Assembly: GCA_045133615.1 (NCBI GenBank)
Contig: JBGUUQ010000051.1
Span: forward strand, 22,197-86,196
Origin: Muribaculaceae bacterium
Lineage (GTDB): Bacteria > Bacteroidota > Bacteroidia > Bacteroidales > Muribaculaceae
Direction of reading: 5' to 3'
DNA length: 64,000 nucleotides
Both the position numbers and the translations under genes were made by a program. Shown in pieces: positions 47,179-56,303 of this stretch (position 1 is the first letter of the stretch; every line of letters starts with the position of its first letter). A model generated the notes under the pieces. That model did no database searches and was not told where the DNA came from. It saw only the letters and a program-made list of their open reading frames with translations.

Positions 47179-48522
47179 TTACTTCGCAGCGGTTGATTCG
47201 GCATAAGTCTCCTTGATGAAGAACACACACACCGCACCTACGATAAGCAAGCCACCCGCAAGCACAAGCATATTCACTTGAGCACCTCCTACAAGCGAAA
47301 GGAGCAAACCGCCCACCGATGCAGCCACAATCTGCGGCAAGCAAATCGTACCGTTAAACAATCCGAGATAAGTTCCCATATTCTTACCCGAGATCGAGTT
47401 GGTAAGAATCGTAAACGGAAGAGCCAACATCGCAGCCCATGCGCATCCGATAAGCAAGTATGACACGAAGAGCAGATATTGGTCATTGATAAACATTGTC
47501 GAAATAAATCCGATACCGCCAAGCACAAGGCTCACTACGTATGCCACCTTGTGGCTCTTGAACTGAGGTATCACCATAGCCCATACCACGGAACCGATTG
47601 CTTGCACTGCAAACAACACGCCTACCCAGTTACCGGCATCCTGATACCCTGCTGAAGCTGTATCGGTCGTACCCCATACTGTATCAGCGATTGCACCATT
47701 CGTATAAGTCCACATATACATAAATGCTGCCCAGCAGAAGAACTGAACCAAACCTACAGTCCAGAACACCTTCGGTGCATGCACGAGAAGCGAAATCATC
47801 GACTCCTTCTTCTCTTCCTTAGCATTATTATCCTCGGCAAAACCGTGGAACTCTGCATATTCCTTCGGCGGCATCTCCTTCACCTTCCAGAACGTGTAGA
47901 TTACGCAAAGTATCAAGATTGCAGCACCCACATAGAATGCGTAAGTCACCGTATCGGGTATCTGACCCTCAGGAGCAATGTTGCTGATACCGATCCAAGT
48001 GAAGACGATAGGAGCGAGATAGCCCACAAGACTACCGGCATTGCAAAGGAAGCTCTGTATTGAATACGCAAGACCCTTCTGCTTTTCATTCACTTGGTCG
48101 CCCACAAGCATCTTAAACGGCTGCATGGCCATATTGATTGATGTATCCAAAAACATCAACGCAATGAAGCCGAACACCATCGCACCGGCCACTGTCAAGC
48201 CGAAGCTGCCGGCATTAGGCAACAGACACATCACAATCACAGCAATCGCAGCACCGAGAATCAAGTAAGGCAAGCGACGTCCGAAGCGACACCAAGTCTT
48301 ATCACTCATCGAGCCGATGATAGGCTGCACAATGATACCCATCAATGGGGGAAGAATCCAGAAATAACTCAAATCATGCGGGTCCGCGCCAAGTGTAGCA
48401 AAAATGCGTGAAATGTTGGCGCTCTGCAGTGCGTAGGCAATCTGCACACCAAAGAATCCGAAGCTCAAATTCCATAGGTTCCAAAAACTCAAATCAGGTT
48501 TTGTTTTCATGTTGTCTAACAA
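47179..48522 (-). CDS. MFS transporter (SLC45/GPH-like glycoside-cation symporter family)
   Basis: 447 aa with 12 predicted TM segments. The motif SD.....FGRR.PY after TM2 is typical of this family. Confidence 0.8.
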   Translation of the reverse strand: MLDNMKTKPDLSFWNLWNLSFGFFGVQIAYALQSANISRIFATLGADPHDLSYFWILPPLMGIIVQPIIGSMSDKTWCRFGRRLPYLILGAAIAVIVMCLLPNAGSFGLTVAGAMVFGFIALMFLDTSINMAMQPFKMLVGDQVNEKQKGLAYSIQSFLCNAGSLVGYLAPIVFTWIGISNIAPEGQIPDTVTYAFYVGAAILILCVIYTFWKVKEMPPKEYAEFHGFAEDNNAKEEKKESMISLLVHAPKVFWTVGLVQFFCWAAFMYMWTYTNGAIADTVWGTTDTASAGYQDAGNWVGVLFAVQAIGSVVWAMVIPQFKSHKVAYVVSLVLGGIGFISTMFINDQYLLFVSYLLIGCAWAAMLALPFTILTNSISGKNMGTYLGLFNGTICLPQIVAASVGGLLLSLVGGAQVNMLVLAGGLLIVGAVCVFFIKETYAESTAAK

Positions 48523-48561
48523 AGAGATTTTTTTGATTGATTAATTATATATATTTTTTGG

Positions 48562-49401
48562 TTATTCTTGTGAATATAGCCACTTTATTTCCTCCGCCCA
48601 CAACTCGGTATTCGGAGTTTCAAGTATCAACGGTATTCCGTCCATACGTTCGTCGCGCATCATCAGGGTGAAAAATGTCGTTCCCAACACCCCCTTGCCA
48701 AGACTCTCATGGCGGTCCACTTTCGACGCAAGCCCCTTCTTCGTATCATTCAGGTGAAGCCCGCTCAAGTACTTCATACCGACCACCTCGTCAAATCTCT
48801 GCCAAGTCTCACGATACCCCGCTTCCGTCGCAATATCGTAGCCCGCTGCAAAAGCATGACACGTGTCGATACACACACCCACACGACTCTTATCCTCCAC
48901 CTTATCGATGATATGAGCTATTTGTTCAAACGAAAAGCCGAGATTCGAGCCTTGACCAGCCGTATTCTCTATCACCGCCTTCACCCCCGACGTTTTATCC
49001 AACGTCAGATTGATTGATTCGGCGATTCTGTCGAGACAATCATCTATCGGCATCATCTTCAAGTGACTTCCCGGATGAAAATTCAGAAGCGTAAGCCCCA
49101 ACTGCTCGCATCGACGCATTTCATCAAGAAATGCCTCGCGCGACATTCTCAACTTCTCCGCATCCGGAGCGCCGAGATTTATCAGATAGCTGTCATGAGG
49201 AAGAATTTGAGCCGGAGTATATCCGTAAAGCGCACAATTCTCCTTAAATCGACGCGCCTCCGCTTCCGAAATCTCTTTCGAGACCCAGCGCGAAGGATTG
49301 CGAGTAAACAGAGCGAACGCTTTTGCTCCTATTTCATGGGCATTTATCGGCGCGCGGCTCACGCCTTCCGAAGCCGATACATGAGCTCCTACGTATTTCA
49401 T
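48562..49401 (-). CDS. nfo: deoxyribonuclease IV (endonuclease IV)
   Basis: 279 aa. It has the motifs [47 protein letters not shown] and DRHE. Confidence 0.95.
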   Translation of the reverse strand: MKYVGAHVSASEGVSRAPINAHEIGAKAFALFTRNPSRWVSKEISEAEARRFKENCALYGYTPAQILPHDSYLINLGAPDAEKLRMSREAFLDEMRRCEQLGLTLLNFHPGSHLKMMPIDDCLDRIAESINLTLDKTSGVKAVIENTAGQGSNLGFSFEQIAHIIDKVEDKSRVGVCIDTCHAFAAGYDIATEAGYRETWQRFDEVVGMKYLSGLHLNDTKKGLASKVDRHESLGKGVLGTTFFTLMMRDERMDGIPLILETPNTELWAEEIKWLYSQE

Positions 49402-49429
49402 ACTTATTTCAATGCAGCATTAAGTCTTG

Positions 49430-49437
49430 CAAAGTTA
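49430..49437 (-). promoter_or_regulatory. candidate -7 box TAACTTTG for nfo
   Basis: The reverse complement of caaagtta lies 28 nt upstream of the nfo ATG. Confidence 0.4.
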
Positions 49438-49484
49438 GCCAAAATTTTTTCTTTTTCCATGCCACACATAAGAAAAGTTTACAC

Positions 49485-49492
49485 TACCTTTG
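49485..49492 (+). promoter_or_regulatory. candidate -7 box TACCTTTG for the methyltransferase gene
   Basis: It lies 27 nt upstream of the ATG at 49520 and overlaps the track start at 49490, which argues for the downstream start. Confidence 0.4.
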
Positions 49493-49519
49493 TTTTTCAA
49501 CAATATTTACGATAATTTA

Positions 49520-50290
49520 ATGACCGAAATAACCAACCGACTACGCAAAATGATTGCATCGCTCGCCGACTCCAAAGCCCGCCGACGCGAGCAATGCTTT
49601 ATTGCCGAAGGCACAAAATGCGTCATCGACACATGGCAACACTTCTCCCCTCGCCACCTCTTTGCCACCGCTCGATGGATCGAAGCCCACCCCGACATCG
49701 TCGCATCCTCCCCCTCCACCGTCCAAGTCTCCGGAGCCGACATGGAGCGCATGTCCCACCTTTCCACCCCCCCTCAAGTCATTGCCCTCTACGACCTTCC
49801 GGTCTACACCCTTGCCGACGCCCCCTCTCCCGCCGACAACCTCATCCTCGCTCTCGACCGCATTCAAGATCCCGGCAACCTCGGCACCATCATACGCATC
49901 GCCGACTGGTTTGGCATCCGCACCATCATAGCCAGCCACGACACCGTCGATGCCTTCAACCCCAAAGTCATCCAAGCTACCATGGGTGCCATCTCCCGTG
50001 TCAAAGTCATCTACACCTCTCTTCCCGAATACCTCTCCGTTAATTCCGGCGTCCCCGTCTACGGCACATTCCTCGATGGCAACGACATCTACCGCACCCC
50101 ACTCACCCCGACAGGCATCATCGTCATGGGCAACGAAGGACAAGGCATCTCCCCCGAAGTCGCCGACTGCGTCACCCACCGACTCCTCATCCCCTCATAT
50201 CCCCCCGAATCCCCCACCTCCGAATCACTCAACGTCGGAATGGCCACAGCCATCACCGTTGCCGAATTCCGCCGTAGAGCCACATCATAA
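49520..50290 (+). CDS. TrmH/SpoU-family RNA 2'-O-methyltransferase
   Basis: It has the SpoU motifs LDRIQDPGNLGTIIR, VMGNEGQGIS, and IP......ESLNV..A. Confidence 0.85.
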   Translation: MTEITNRLRKMIASLADSKARRREQCFIAEGTKCVIDTWQHFSPRHLFATARWIEAHPDIVASSPSTVQVSGADMERMSHLSTPPQVIALYDLPVYTLADAPSPADNLILALDRIQDPGNLGTIIRIADWFGIRTIIASHDTVDAFNPKVIQATMGAISRVKVIYTSLPEYLSVNSGVPVYGTFLDGNDIYRTPLTPTGIIVMGNEGQGISPEVADCVTHRLLIPSYPPESPTSESLNVGMATAITVAEFRRRATS

Positions 50291-50302
50291 ACCCCTCTAC
50301 CC

Positions 50303-51667
50303 ATGGCAACTAAATCTAAAAGCATCTGGTATTGTAGCAACTGCGGAGCCGACTCTCCCCGCTGGGAAGGTCGATGCCCCTCATGTGGCGAATGGAACAC
50401 AATGGTCGAAGAACGCCTCTCCGCCAAAGCCGCCAAAGCATCCGCCTCTCGCCCTCACACCAAGTCCGCCCCACAAAAAATATCCGAAATACAAACCCTC
50501 GACGAGCCACGCATCACCATGCCCTCCTCCGAGCTCAATCGCGTCCTCGGCGGCGGACTCGTCCCCGGCTCCCTCACCCTCATCGGCGGCGAACCCGGCA
50601 TAGGCAAATCCACGCTCATCCTCCAAAACATTCTCGCCATCCGCTCCCGCACCATCCTATATGTATCCGGCGAAGAAAGCGCACAGCAACTCAAACTGCG
50701 AGCCGACCGCATAGGCCGACTCTCCGACAATCTCCTCATCCTCTGCGAAACCGACCTCGACACCATCCTCGAAGCCACCAGCTCCGTCTCCCCCGGCATC
50801 GTCATCGTCGACTCCATACAGACCATCGCCTCCCCCGACATCGAATCCTCGGCAGGCTCCGTCAGTCAAGTCCGCGAATGTTCCGCACGACTACTCCGCT
50901 ACGCCAAAGAATCATCCGTCCCCGTCATCCTCATCGGACACATCAACAAAGACGGCAACATCGCCGGACCGAAAGTCCTCGAACACATCGTCGACACCGT
51001 CCTGCAGTTCGAAGGCGACCGCCAATACATGTACCGCATCCTCCGCTCCATCAAAAACCGCTTCGGCTCCACCGCCGAACTCGGCATCTACGAAATGGCA
51101 GCCAACGGACTGCGCGAAGTCAAAAACCCCTCCCAACTCCTCCTCTCCCAACACCCCGACGACCTCTCAGGCACAGCCGTCGGCATCACCCTCGAAGGCA
51201 TCCGCCCATTCCTCATCGAGACACAGGCACTCGTCTCCTCAGCCGCCTACGGAACCCCACAACGCTCCGTCACCGGCTTCGACGCCAAGCGCCTCAACAT
51301 GCTCCTCGCTGTCCTCGAAAAGCGCGTCGGATTCCGACTCATCCAGAAAGACGTATTCCTCAACATCGCAGGAGGACTCCGTGTCAACGACCCCGCCCTC
51401 GACCTCAGCGTCATCTGCGCCATCCTATCATCCAACGTCGATATCCCCATTCCCCACACCACCTGCTTCACCGGCGAAGTCGGACTCTCCGGAGAGATCC
51501 GACCCGTCACCCGCATCGAGCAGCGCATCCTCGAAGCCGAAAAACTCGGATTCACCACCATCATCATCCCCGCCAACAACCTCAAAGGCATCGACGCCTC
51601 CCGCTTCACCATCACCATCCACCAAGTCACCAAAGTCGAAGAAGCCGTCCGCCTCCTCTTCGCCTAA
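50303..51667 (+). CDS. radA: DNA repair protein RadA
   Basis: 454 aa. It has an N-terminal C4 zinc finger (CSNCG...CPSCGEWNT), Walker A GGEPGIGKST, KNRFG, and a Lon-like C-terminal domain. Confidence 0.95.
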   Translation: MATKSKSIWYCSNCGADSPRWEGRCPSCGEWNTMVEERLSAKAAKASASRPHTKSAPQKISEIQTLDEPRITMPSSELNRVLGGGLVPGSLTLIGGEPGIGKSTLILQNILAIRSRTILYVSGEESAQQLKLRADRIGRLSDNLLILCETDLDTILEATSSVSPGIVIVDSIQTIASPDIESSAGSVSQVRECSARLLRYAKESSVPVILIGHINKDGNIAGPKVLEHIVDTVLQFEGDRQYMYRILRSIKNRFGSTAELGIYEMAANGLREVKNPSQLLLSQHPDDLSGTAVGITLEGIRPFLIETQALVSSAAYGTPQRSVTGFDAKRLNMLLAVLEKRVGFRLIQKDVFLNIAGGLRVNDPALDLSVICAILSSNVDIPIPHTTCFTGEVGLSGEIRPVTRIEQRILEAEKLGFTTIIIPANNLKGIDASRFTITIHQVTKVEEAVRLLFA

Positions 51668-51744
51668 CCATACCCCAAAAGAAAAATTTCAATGATTATC
51701 GTGCAATTTCAATCTTTAACAATAAAATCTCAAAAAGATTAATT

Positions 51745-52098
51745 ATGTTTGCTATGGTATCACGTATTAAAAATATTATAGCATACTCTAATCTTTCTAT
51801 TAGAGCATTTGCTATTAAGATTGGGGTTAATCAACCAACCTTAGATAGAATGTTAAAGGGTATAAATGCCTTAAACCTAAATTGTGTTATTGGCATACCT
51901 TCGGCTTTTCCTGAGATTTCTTCAGAATGGCTTATGAGGGGGGTCGGCGAAATGTTATTGACTGATACTCCTAAAAAAGAAGATGTGGAAAAAACGGAAC
52001 GCCTTGTAGACACCATTACGATACTGCAATCTGCTCTCAACGAAAAGAGCAAAACGATTCAAGCAATAGAACAAGAAATATCACGTTTAAAATCATAG
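51745..52098 (+). CDS. helix-turn-helix (XRE-like) protein, paralogue of 44776-45312, with a coiled-coil C-terminus
   Basis: MFAMVSRIKNIIAYSNLSIRAFAIKIGVNQPTLDRMLKG.....IPSAFPEISSEWLMRGVGEM. This is the real gene hidden at the 3' end of the spurious 574-aa track ORF 50374..52098. Confidence 0.7.
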   Translation: MFAMVSRIKNIIAYSNLSIRAFAIKIGVNQPTLDRMLKGINALNLNCVIGIPSAFPEISSEWLMRGVGEMLLTDTPKKEDVEKTERLVDTITILQSALNEKSKTIQAIEQEISRLKS

Positions 52099-52101
52099 GA
52101 T

Positions 52102-52611
52102 ATGAGAACAAGTTTATTAATATTATGTCTTATCATGTCATTAATGGCATATTCCCAAAAAGTAGAATCTAATATAGATGATTTTACTGGTGAAAAAGTA
52201 GTAAAAACGTCTTGGGAGAAAATTTATTCTGGAGGGATGACAGGAGCAAATCAAACACGTTTACAAATACAAGCTGTAAACGAAACAAATTTTTTGCTTT
52301 TTAGAATATACACAAATGAAGTAGTTGCCATTAATCAAGGTAGCGAAGTTCTAATAAAAACACCTAATGGAGTTATAAAAGGCATTGTTACGCAATATTC
52401 AGTAGCAGAACCTGGAGCATGGGCAGAAAATGCTCCAAATAATAAATTGGGTATTTATTTCAAATGTTCAATAGAATTAGCTGATATTAAAGATGTCATT
52501 ATACAAAAAATTCGTTTCCCTTTTACTGATGGGAATCTTGATATAGAGATAAAAGACAAAGACAACAAAAAAATACATAAGATGATAGAACTAATATCAT
52601 CTATTGATTGA
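52102..52611 (+). CDS. secreted protein of unknown function
   Basis: 169 aa with a signal peptide (MRTSLLILCLIMSLMAYSQ). It begins 3 nt after the HTH gene stop. Confidence 0.6.
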   Translation: MRTSLLILCLIMSLMAYSQKVESNIDDFTGEKVVKTSWEKIYSGGMTGANQTRLQIQAVNETNFLLFRIYTNEVVAINQGSEVLIKTPNGVIKGIVTQYSVAEPGAWAENAPNNKLGIYFKCSIELADIKDVIIQKIRFPFTDGNLDIEIKDKDNKKIHKMIELISSID

Positions 52612-52702
52612 ATTATTTCCGAATTATTGTCGGGTTGAAAATATATCCTATTGGAATCAGATTATTTTCAACGAATTATGCTAATTTGTAGCAAAATTTA
52701 AT

Positions 52703-52710
52703 TACCTTTG
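52703..52710 (+). promoter_or_regulatory. candidate -7 box TACCTTTG in front of the structured RNA candidate
   Basis: Matches TAnnTTTG in an intergenic region, with no ORF start within 260 nt downstream. Confidence 0.35.
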
Positions 52711-52716
52711 TGGCAC

Positions 52717-52911
52717 TTTAACGCTATTAAAGCGTTGATATTACATATTAGTGTAGCCTAATCGTTCCGCAAATTACCACAATAGACCGAAAATGGCTAT
52801 TTTATTAATCCTGACATGGGTGTACCACGTTATAAACGTGGTGCATATCCATTGTTAGGATGGGATGTGGTAATCCTGCGGAACGAGTGGATAGGCACTA
52901 CGTTCTTTTTT
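52717..52911 (+). ncRNA. unclassified rod-like structured RNA candidate (sRNA or cis-acting leader)
   Basis: A 5' hairpin lies at 52718-52738. A 149-nt imperfect rod at 52753-52901 is built from six helices (4+4, 10, 8, 12 and 9 bp) plus a side hairpin, and it ends in GUUCUUUUUU. Confidence 0.4.
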
Positions 52912-52976
52912 ATAGGCGATATTGTCTATCTGTGACAGACAAAGGCAATATTGCACTAACCATAAAAAACAAAATT

Positions 52977-53768
52977 ATGAGAAAAGTATTATTATTATCG
53001 TCCATTTTTGTAATGGCAATCTGTTTTTACTCGTGTGGTGACAGCGATGAACCCCAAACACCCAAACCGGAATTAAAAATTGAAAAGAGTAGTTATACAT
53101 TAAATCCGGATGATGTTACCCAAATATCCTTTACCGGAGATGAAGAGCTACTCAATGAATTGGAATGGGATTCGGACAATGAATTTGTTGCAACAATCGA
53201 CAAAGGACTAATCTATACCGAAAAAGTAGGAAAAGCAACAATTACATCGTCATCCGGGCATATCATCCATGTTGAAGTTTCTCCGAATTACAATGTTTAT
53301 GAAGAGCCGTCAGTTGATTTTGGTGCATCGATGAGTACTATAAAAGCAAAATATGGCACTCCATATTCATCATCAAGCGATGCATTGATATACAAAACAA
53401 ACAATTCGTCTGCTCCTTATGTTATGTATGTTTTCACTGATGGAAAATTATATTTTTCATCAGTAATATTAAAAAACTCAACATCGGTTATGGCTGATGT
53501 TACAGAATTTCTTTTGGAGAGATACATCGTTCTTTCTGTCGATGAAGATGATTTAACTGTAATATTATGTCATTGCAAAGGGAAGAAAAATTCTCCGACA
53601 ATTAACTATGGCGTAGGTCTATATTTATACTACGATGCTCTCAAATGCCCGGTAGTATTCTATTTGCCATATACAGAGTCAAAAAGTAGAACTGCGACTC
53701 CTCTCATAGATGCAAATGAGTATTTATTGAAGATGGGTAAATGCCTGAAAAATTTGCCTCTTGAATAA
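52977..53768 (+). CDS. lipoprotein with a bacterial Ig-like (Big_2-like) domain
   Basis: From MRKVLLLSSIFVMAICFYSCGD (lipobox). YTLNPDDVTQISFTGDE...WDSDNEFVATIDKGLIYTEKVGKATITS resembles Big_2. The track start at 52860 lies inside the RNA structure. Confidence 0.7.
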   Translation: MRKVLLLSSIFVMAICFYSCGDSDEPQTPKPELKIEKSSYTLNPDDVTQISFTGDEELLNELEWDSDNEFVATIDKGLIYTEKVGKATITSSSGHIIHVEVSPNYNVYEEPSVDFGASMSTIKAKYGTPYSSSSDALIYKTNNSSAPYVMYVFTDGKLYFSSVILKNSTSVMADVTEFLLERYIVLSVDEDDLTVILCHCKGKKNSPTINYGVGLYLYYDALKCPVVFYLPYTESKSRTATPLIDANEYLLKMGKCLKNLPLE

Positions 53769-53851
53769 CCATTGATATTCGGAAATAATGTAAGTTAAAT
53801 TTGTTAAAGGACCTAAATTTTAGTGGCAGTGTATCGCTACACTGCCACACC

Positions 53852-53889
53852 ACAAAAAAGGCGAGCCACAATACAAAGTGACTCGCCTT
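53852..53889 (-). terminator. rho-independent terminator after the ABC permease gene
   Basis: On the minus strand, AAGGCGAG-16 nt-CTCGCCTT is followed by TTTTTT. Confidence 0.55.
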
Positions 53890-53915
53890 CCATTATTCCA
53901 ATTTGCGCCGACGCG

Positions 53916-55223
53916 CTATTGCTTAATCCATTTTATCACATCCTTCAGAGTGCGCTTCTTGCCATAGAGCAATATTCCGGTACGATAGATTCGTGCCGAC
54001 AGATAGATACACATCACAGCCGTTCCATATAGAGCCAAAATGCTCACAATCATCTGCCACACAGGCACATCGTAAGGCAAACGTATCATCATCACAATCG
54101 GCGACGTGAACGGAATCATCGAACACCACACCGCCATCTGCCCGTCGGGATTCTCCACACAAGCCATTCCGGCATATAACGCAATGATAATCACGATCAT
54201 AATCGGCATCGTAAACTGCGAAGCATCACTCGCCTCATCCACTGCCGAACCGAATCCGGCAAACAGCGAAGCATAGAGCAAGAACCCACCGATAAAGTAT
54301 ATCACGAAGAACGACAATATCTGCATAAAGTTCACTCCGCCAATCATTTGCATTATCTCAGCTGCGCCATCCACTTCCGGCATTTCAGCTCCGGCAGCCA
54401 TCATCGCAGGGTCAATGTTTGGAGCCACAACAGCCGCTCCGACAACAGCACTCACCCCTCCGAGCAACACAGCCCAGATAGCAATCTGAGTCAGCCCCAC
54501 GAAAGCCACACCGATGATCTTACCCATCATCAATTCAAATGGTTTACAGCTACTTACGATTACCTCAACGATACGATTGGTCTTCTCTTCGACCACACTG
54601 TTCATAATCATCGCACCATAAGCAAGCACAAACATATAGATTACAAACGCCAGCACCATACCGATTACCATCGACAGCTCCGTCGACGACATCGTAGCCT
54701 CACCGGCCTCATCCCATTTGATACTGTTGACCGACACCTCAACATTGCAAGCATCGATTATATCTTTCAATCCCTCAACATTATACGATTCCATTTTAGC
54801 TTTCGACAAAGCATCATTCAGGCAGTTTTCCATATGCCCTATAAGCGACATATTCACCGTATTGTCGGAAAACACACTAAGCTGCTTGGACTCAAGCACA
54901 TTGCCGGGAATCACCACAATGGCATAAATATCGCCGTCAGCCTTCGAATAATACCCATGAGGGTCCTGTGCCTGAGCACTGTCAAGCAGCAGAAATTCAA
55001 AGTCCTCATTGCTCTCTATCGCCTTGCCGTATCTACCCGACTCATCGATGACAGCCACCTTCTTCGCCTCATCACTACTGTTAAGTTCCTGAAGCAAGAC
55101 AGGCACCGCGCCAATCGCCACAATCAACAAAGGCATCAGTAACGTCATGAAAATGAACGACTTCTTAGCCACAATCGAGAGATATTCTCTCTGTATTATC
55201 AATGAAAGTCTATATCTGTTCAT
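53916..55223 (-). CDS. ABC-2 type exporter permease (NatB-like)
   Basis: 435 aa. An N-terminal TM and large extracytoplasmic loop are followed by a 5-TM bundle. The gene is adjacent to the ATPase. Confidence 0.8.
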   Translation of the reverse strand: MNRYRLSLIIQREYLSIVAKKSFIFMTLLMPLLIVAIGAVPVLLQELNSSDEAKKVAVIDESGRYGKAIESNEDFEFLLLDSAQAQDPHGYYSKADGDIYAIVVIPGNVLESKQLSVFSDNTVNMSLIGHMENCLNDALSKAKMESYNVEGLKDIIDACNVEVSVNSIKWDEAGEATMSSTELSMVIGMVLAFVIYMFVLAYGAMIMNSVVEEKTNRIVEVIVSSCKPFELMMGKIIGVAFVGLTQIAIWAVLLGGVSAVVGAAVVAPNIDPAMMAAGAEMPEVDGAAEIMQMIGGVNFMQILSFFVIYFIGGFLLYASLFAGFGSAVDEASDASQFTMPIMIVIIIALYAGMACVENPDGQMAVWCSMIPFTSPIVMMIRLPYDVPVWQMIVSILALYGTAVMCIYLSARIYRTGILLYGKKRTLKDVIKWIKQ

Positions 55224-55231
55224 ACTCTGTT

Positions 55232-56146
55232 TTAATTATTTTTGCCGGTTACGGTTTCAATAAACACCTCATGCATCGACGGCAGAAGTTCTTGGAAACC
55301 GGTAAGTTCATATTTCTCGTTAAGTACAGTGATCGCATCGCGCAGCGTCACACCGTCATTGAGGCGTATCGTAGCATCTACCCCACCGGTTTTCAGCACA
55401 TTAGCCTCCTCGATAGAGTATAGCGCATCATTCGGTTCAAACAATTTACCGTTGACATGCACCGTATAGAGATGCTTCTTATACTGCTGACGAATATCAC
55501 TCACACGCCCCTGCAACACCACCTTCGAGTGATTGATAAGCGTGATTTCTTCGCACACTTCCTCCACCGAACCCATATTGTGAGTCGAGAAAAGAATTGT
55601 CGCACCCTCTTTGCCCAGTTCGATGATTTCACGCTTAAGTTGCTCAGCATTAACGGGATCGAAGCCCGAAAACGGCTCATCGAATATCAACAACTTCGGA
55701 CGATGAAGCACCGTAGCGATAAACTGCACCTTCTGAGCCATACCCTTCGACAGAGCCTCCAACTTCTTGTTTCGCCACTCCGAAAGGTCAAATCGTTCGA
55801 GCCAACGCTCCATCTCGCGCGTCGCATCAGCTTTGCTCATCCCTTTCAAGCGACCGAGATACACAATCTGGTCCCCAACTTTCATTTTTTTATACAGACC
55901 GCGCTCCTCCGGAAGATAGCCTATCTGCGCAACATCCTCAGCAGAAGCATGTTTGCCATTGATAAGCACCTCTCCGCTGTCAGGCGAAGTAATCTGATTC
56001 AATATACGTATAAGCGACGTTTTCCCCGCGCCGTTCGGTCCAAGCAGACCATAGATGCAGCCCTCTTCCACATTCAAACTCACATGGTCAAGAGCCATGT
56101 GACCCGAATATTGCTTCACCACATCTTTCACTTCGATGAAATTCAT
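55232..56146 (-). CDS. ABC transporter ATP-binding protein (NatA-like)
   Basis: 304 aa. It has Walker A GPNGAGKTS, signature LSKGMAQK and Walker B LLIFDEPFSGFD. Confidence 0.9.
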   Translation of the reverse strand: MNFIEVKDVVKQYSGHMALDHVSLNVEEGCIYGLLGPNGAGKTSLIRILNQITSPDSGEVLINGKHASAEDVAQIGYLPEERGLYKKMKVGDQIVYLGRLKGMSKADATREMERWLERFDLSEWRNKKLEALSKGMAQKVQFIATVLHRPKLLIFDEPFSGFDPVNAEQLKREIIELGKEGATILFSTHNMGSVEEVCEEITLINHSKVVLQGRVSDIRQQYKKHLYTVHVNGKLFEPNDALYSIEEANVLKTGGVDATIRLNDGVTLRDAITVLNEKYELTGFQELLPSMHEVFIETVTGKNN

Positions 56147-56177
56147 ACTTATATTCCTTAAGATTGTAAATATTTGG

Positions 56178-56185
56178 CAAAATTA
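56178..56185 (-). promoter_or_regulatory. candidate -7 box TAATTTTG for the ABC operon
   Basis: The reverse complement of caaaatta lies 31 nt upstream of the ATPase ATG. Confidence 0.4.
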
Positions 56186-56242
56186 AACCATAATCCACAA
56201 TTACGCAACAATCCCCCGCCTCTCCCCCGTGAAAATTCCAAA

Positions 56243-56280
56243 CAAAAAAACAGGGCTGACAGAAAATATCCGCCAACCCT
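56243..56280 (-). terminator. rho-independent terminator after the T9SS cargo gene
   Basis: On the minus strand, CAGGGTTGGC...GTCAGCCCTG (10 bp, two G-U pairs) is followed by TTTTTTT. Confidence 0.6.
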
Positions 56281-56303
56281 GCTTCTATCTATGCGTGTTT
56301 CTA

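Noticed and set aside
50374-52098. A 574-aa + strand ORF rich in Arg/Pro/His overlaps radA in another frame. There are many other long alternative-frame ORFs at 49.5-51.7 kb.
   Set aside because: radA (50303-51667) has unmistakable motifs in its own frame. The coding strand here uses mostly C-ending codons and few stop-forming triplets, so the off-frames stay open. Only the last 117 codons (51745-52098) form a real HTH gene.
53823-54032. A 69-aa + strand ORF and an 11-bp-stem hairpin (53823-53848).
   Set aside because: The ORF overlaps terminator hairpins and the 3' end of the permease gene. The hairpin lacks a T-run on the + strand, so I list only the minus-strand terminator as a feature.
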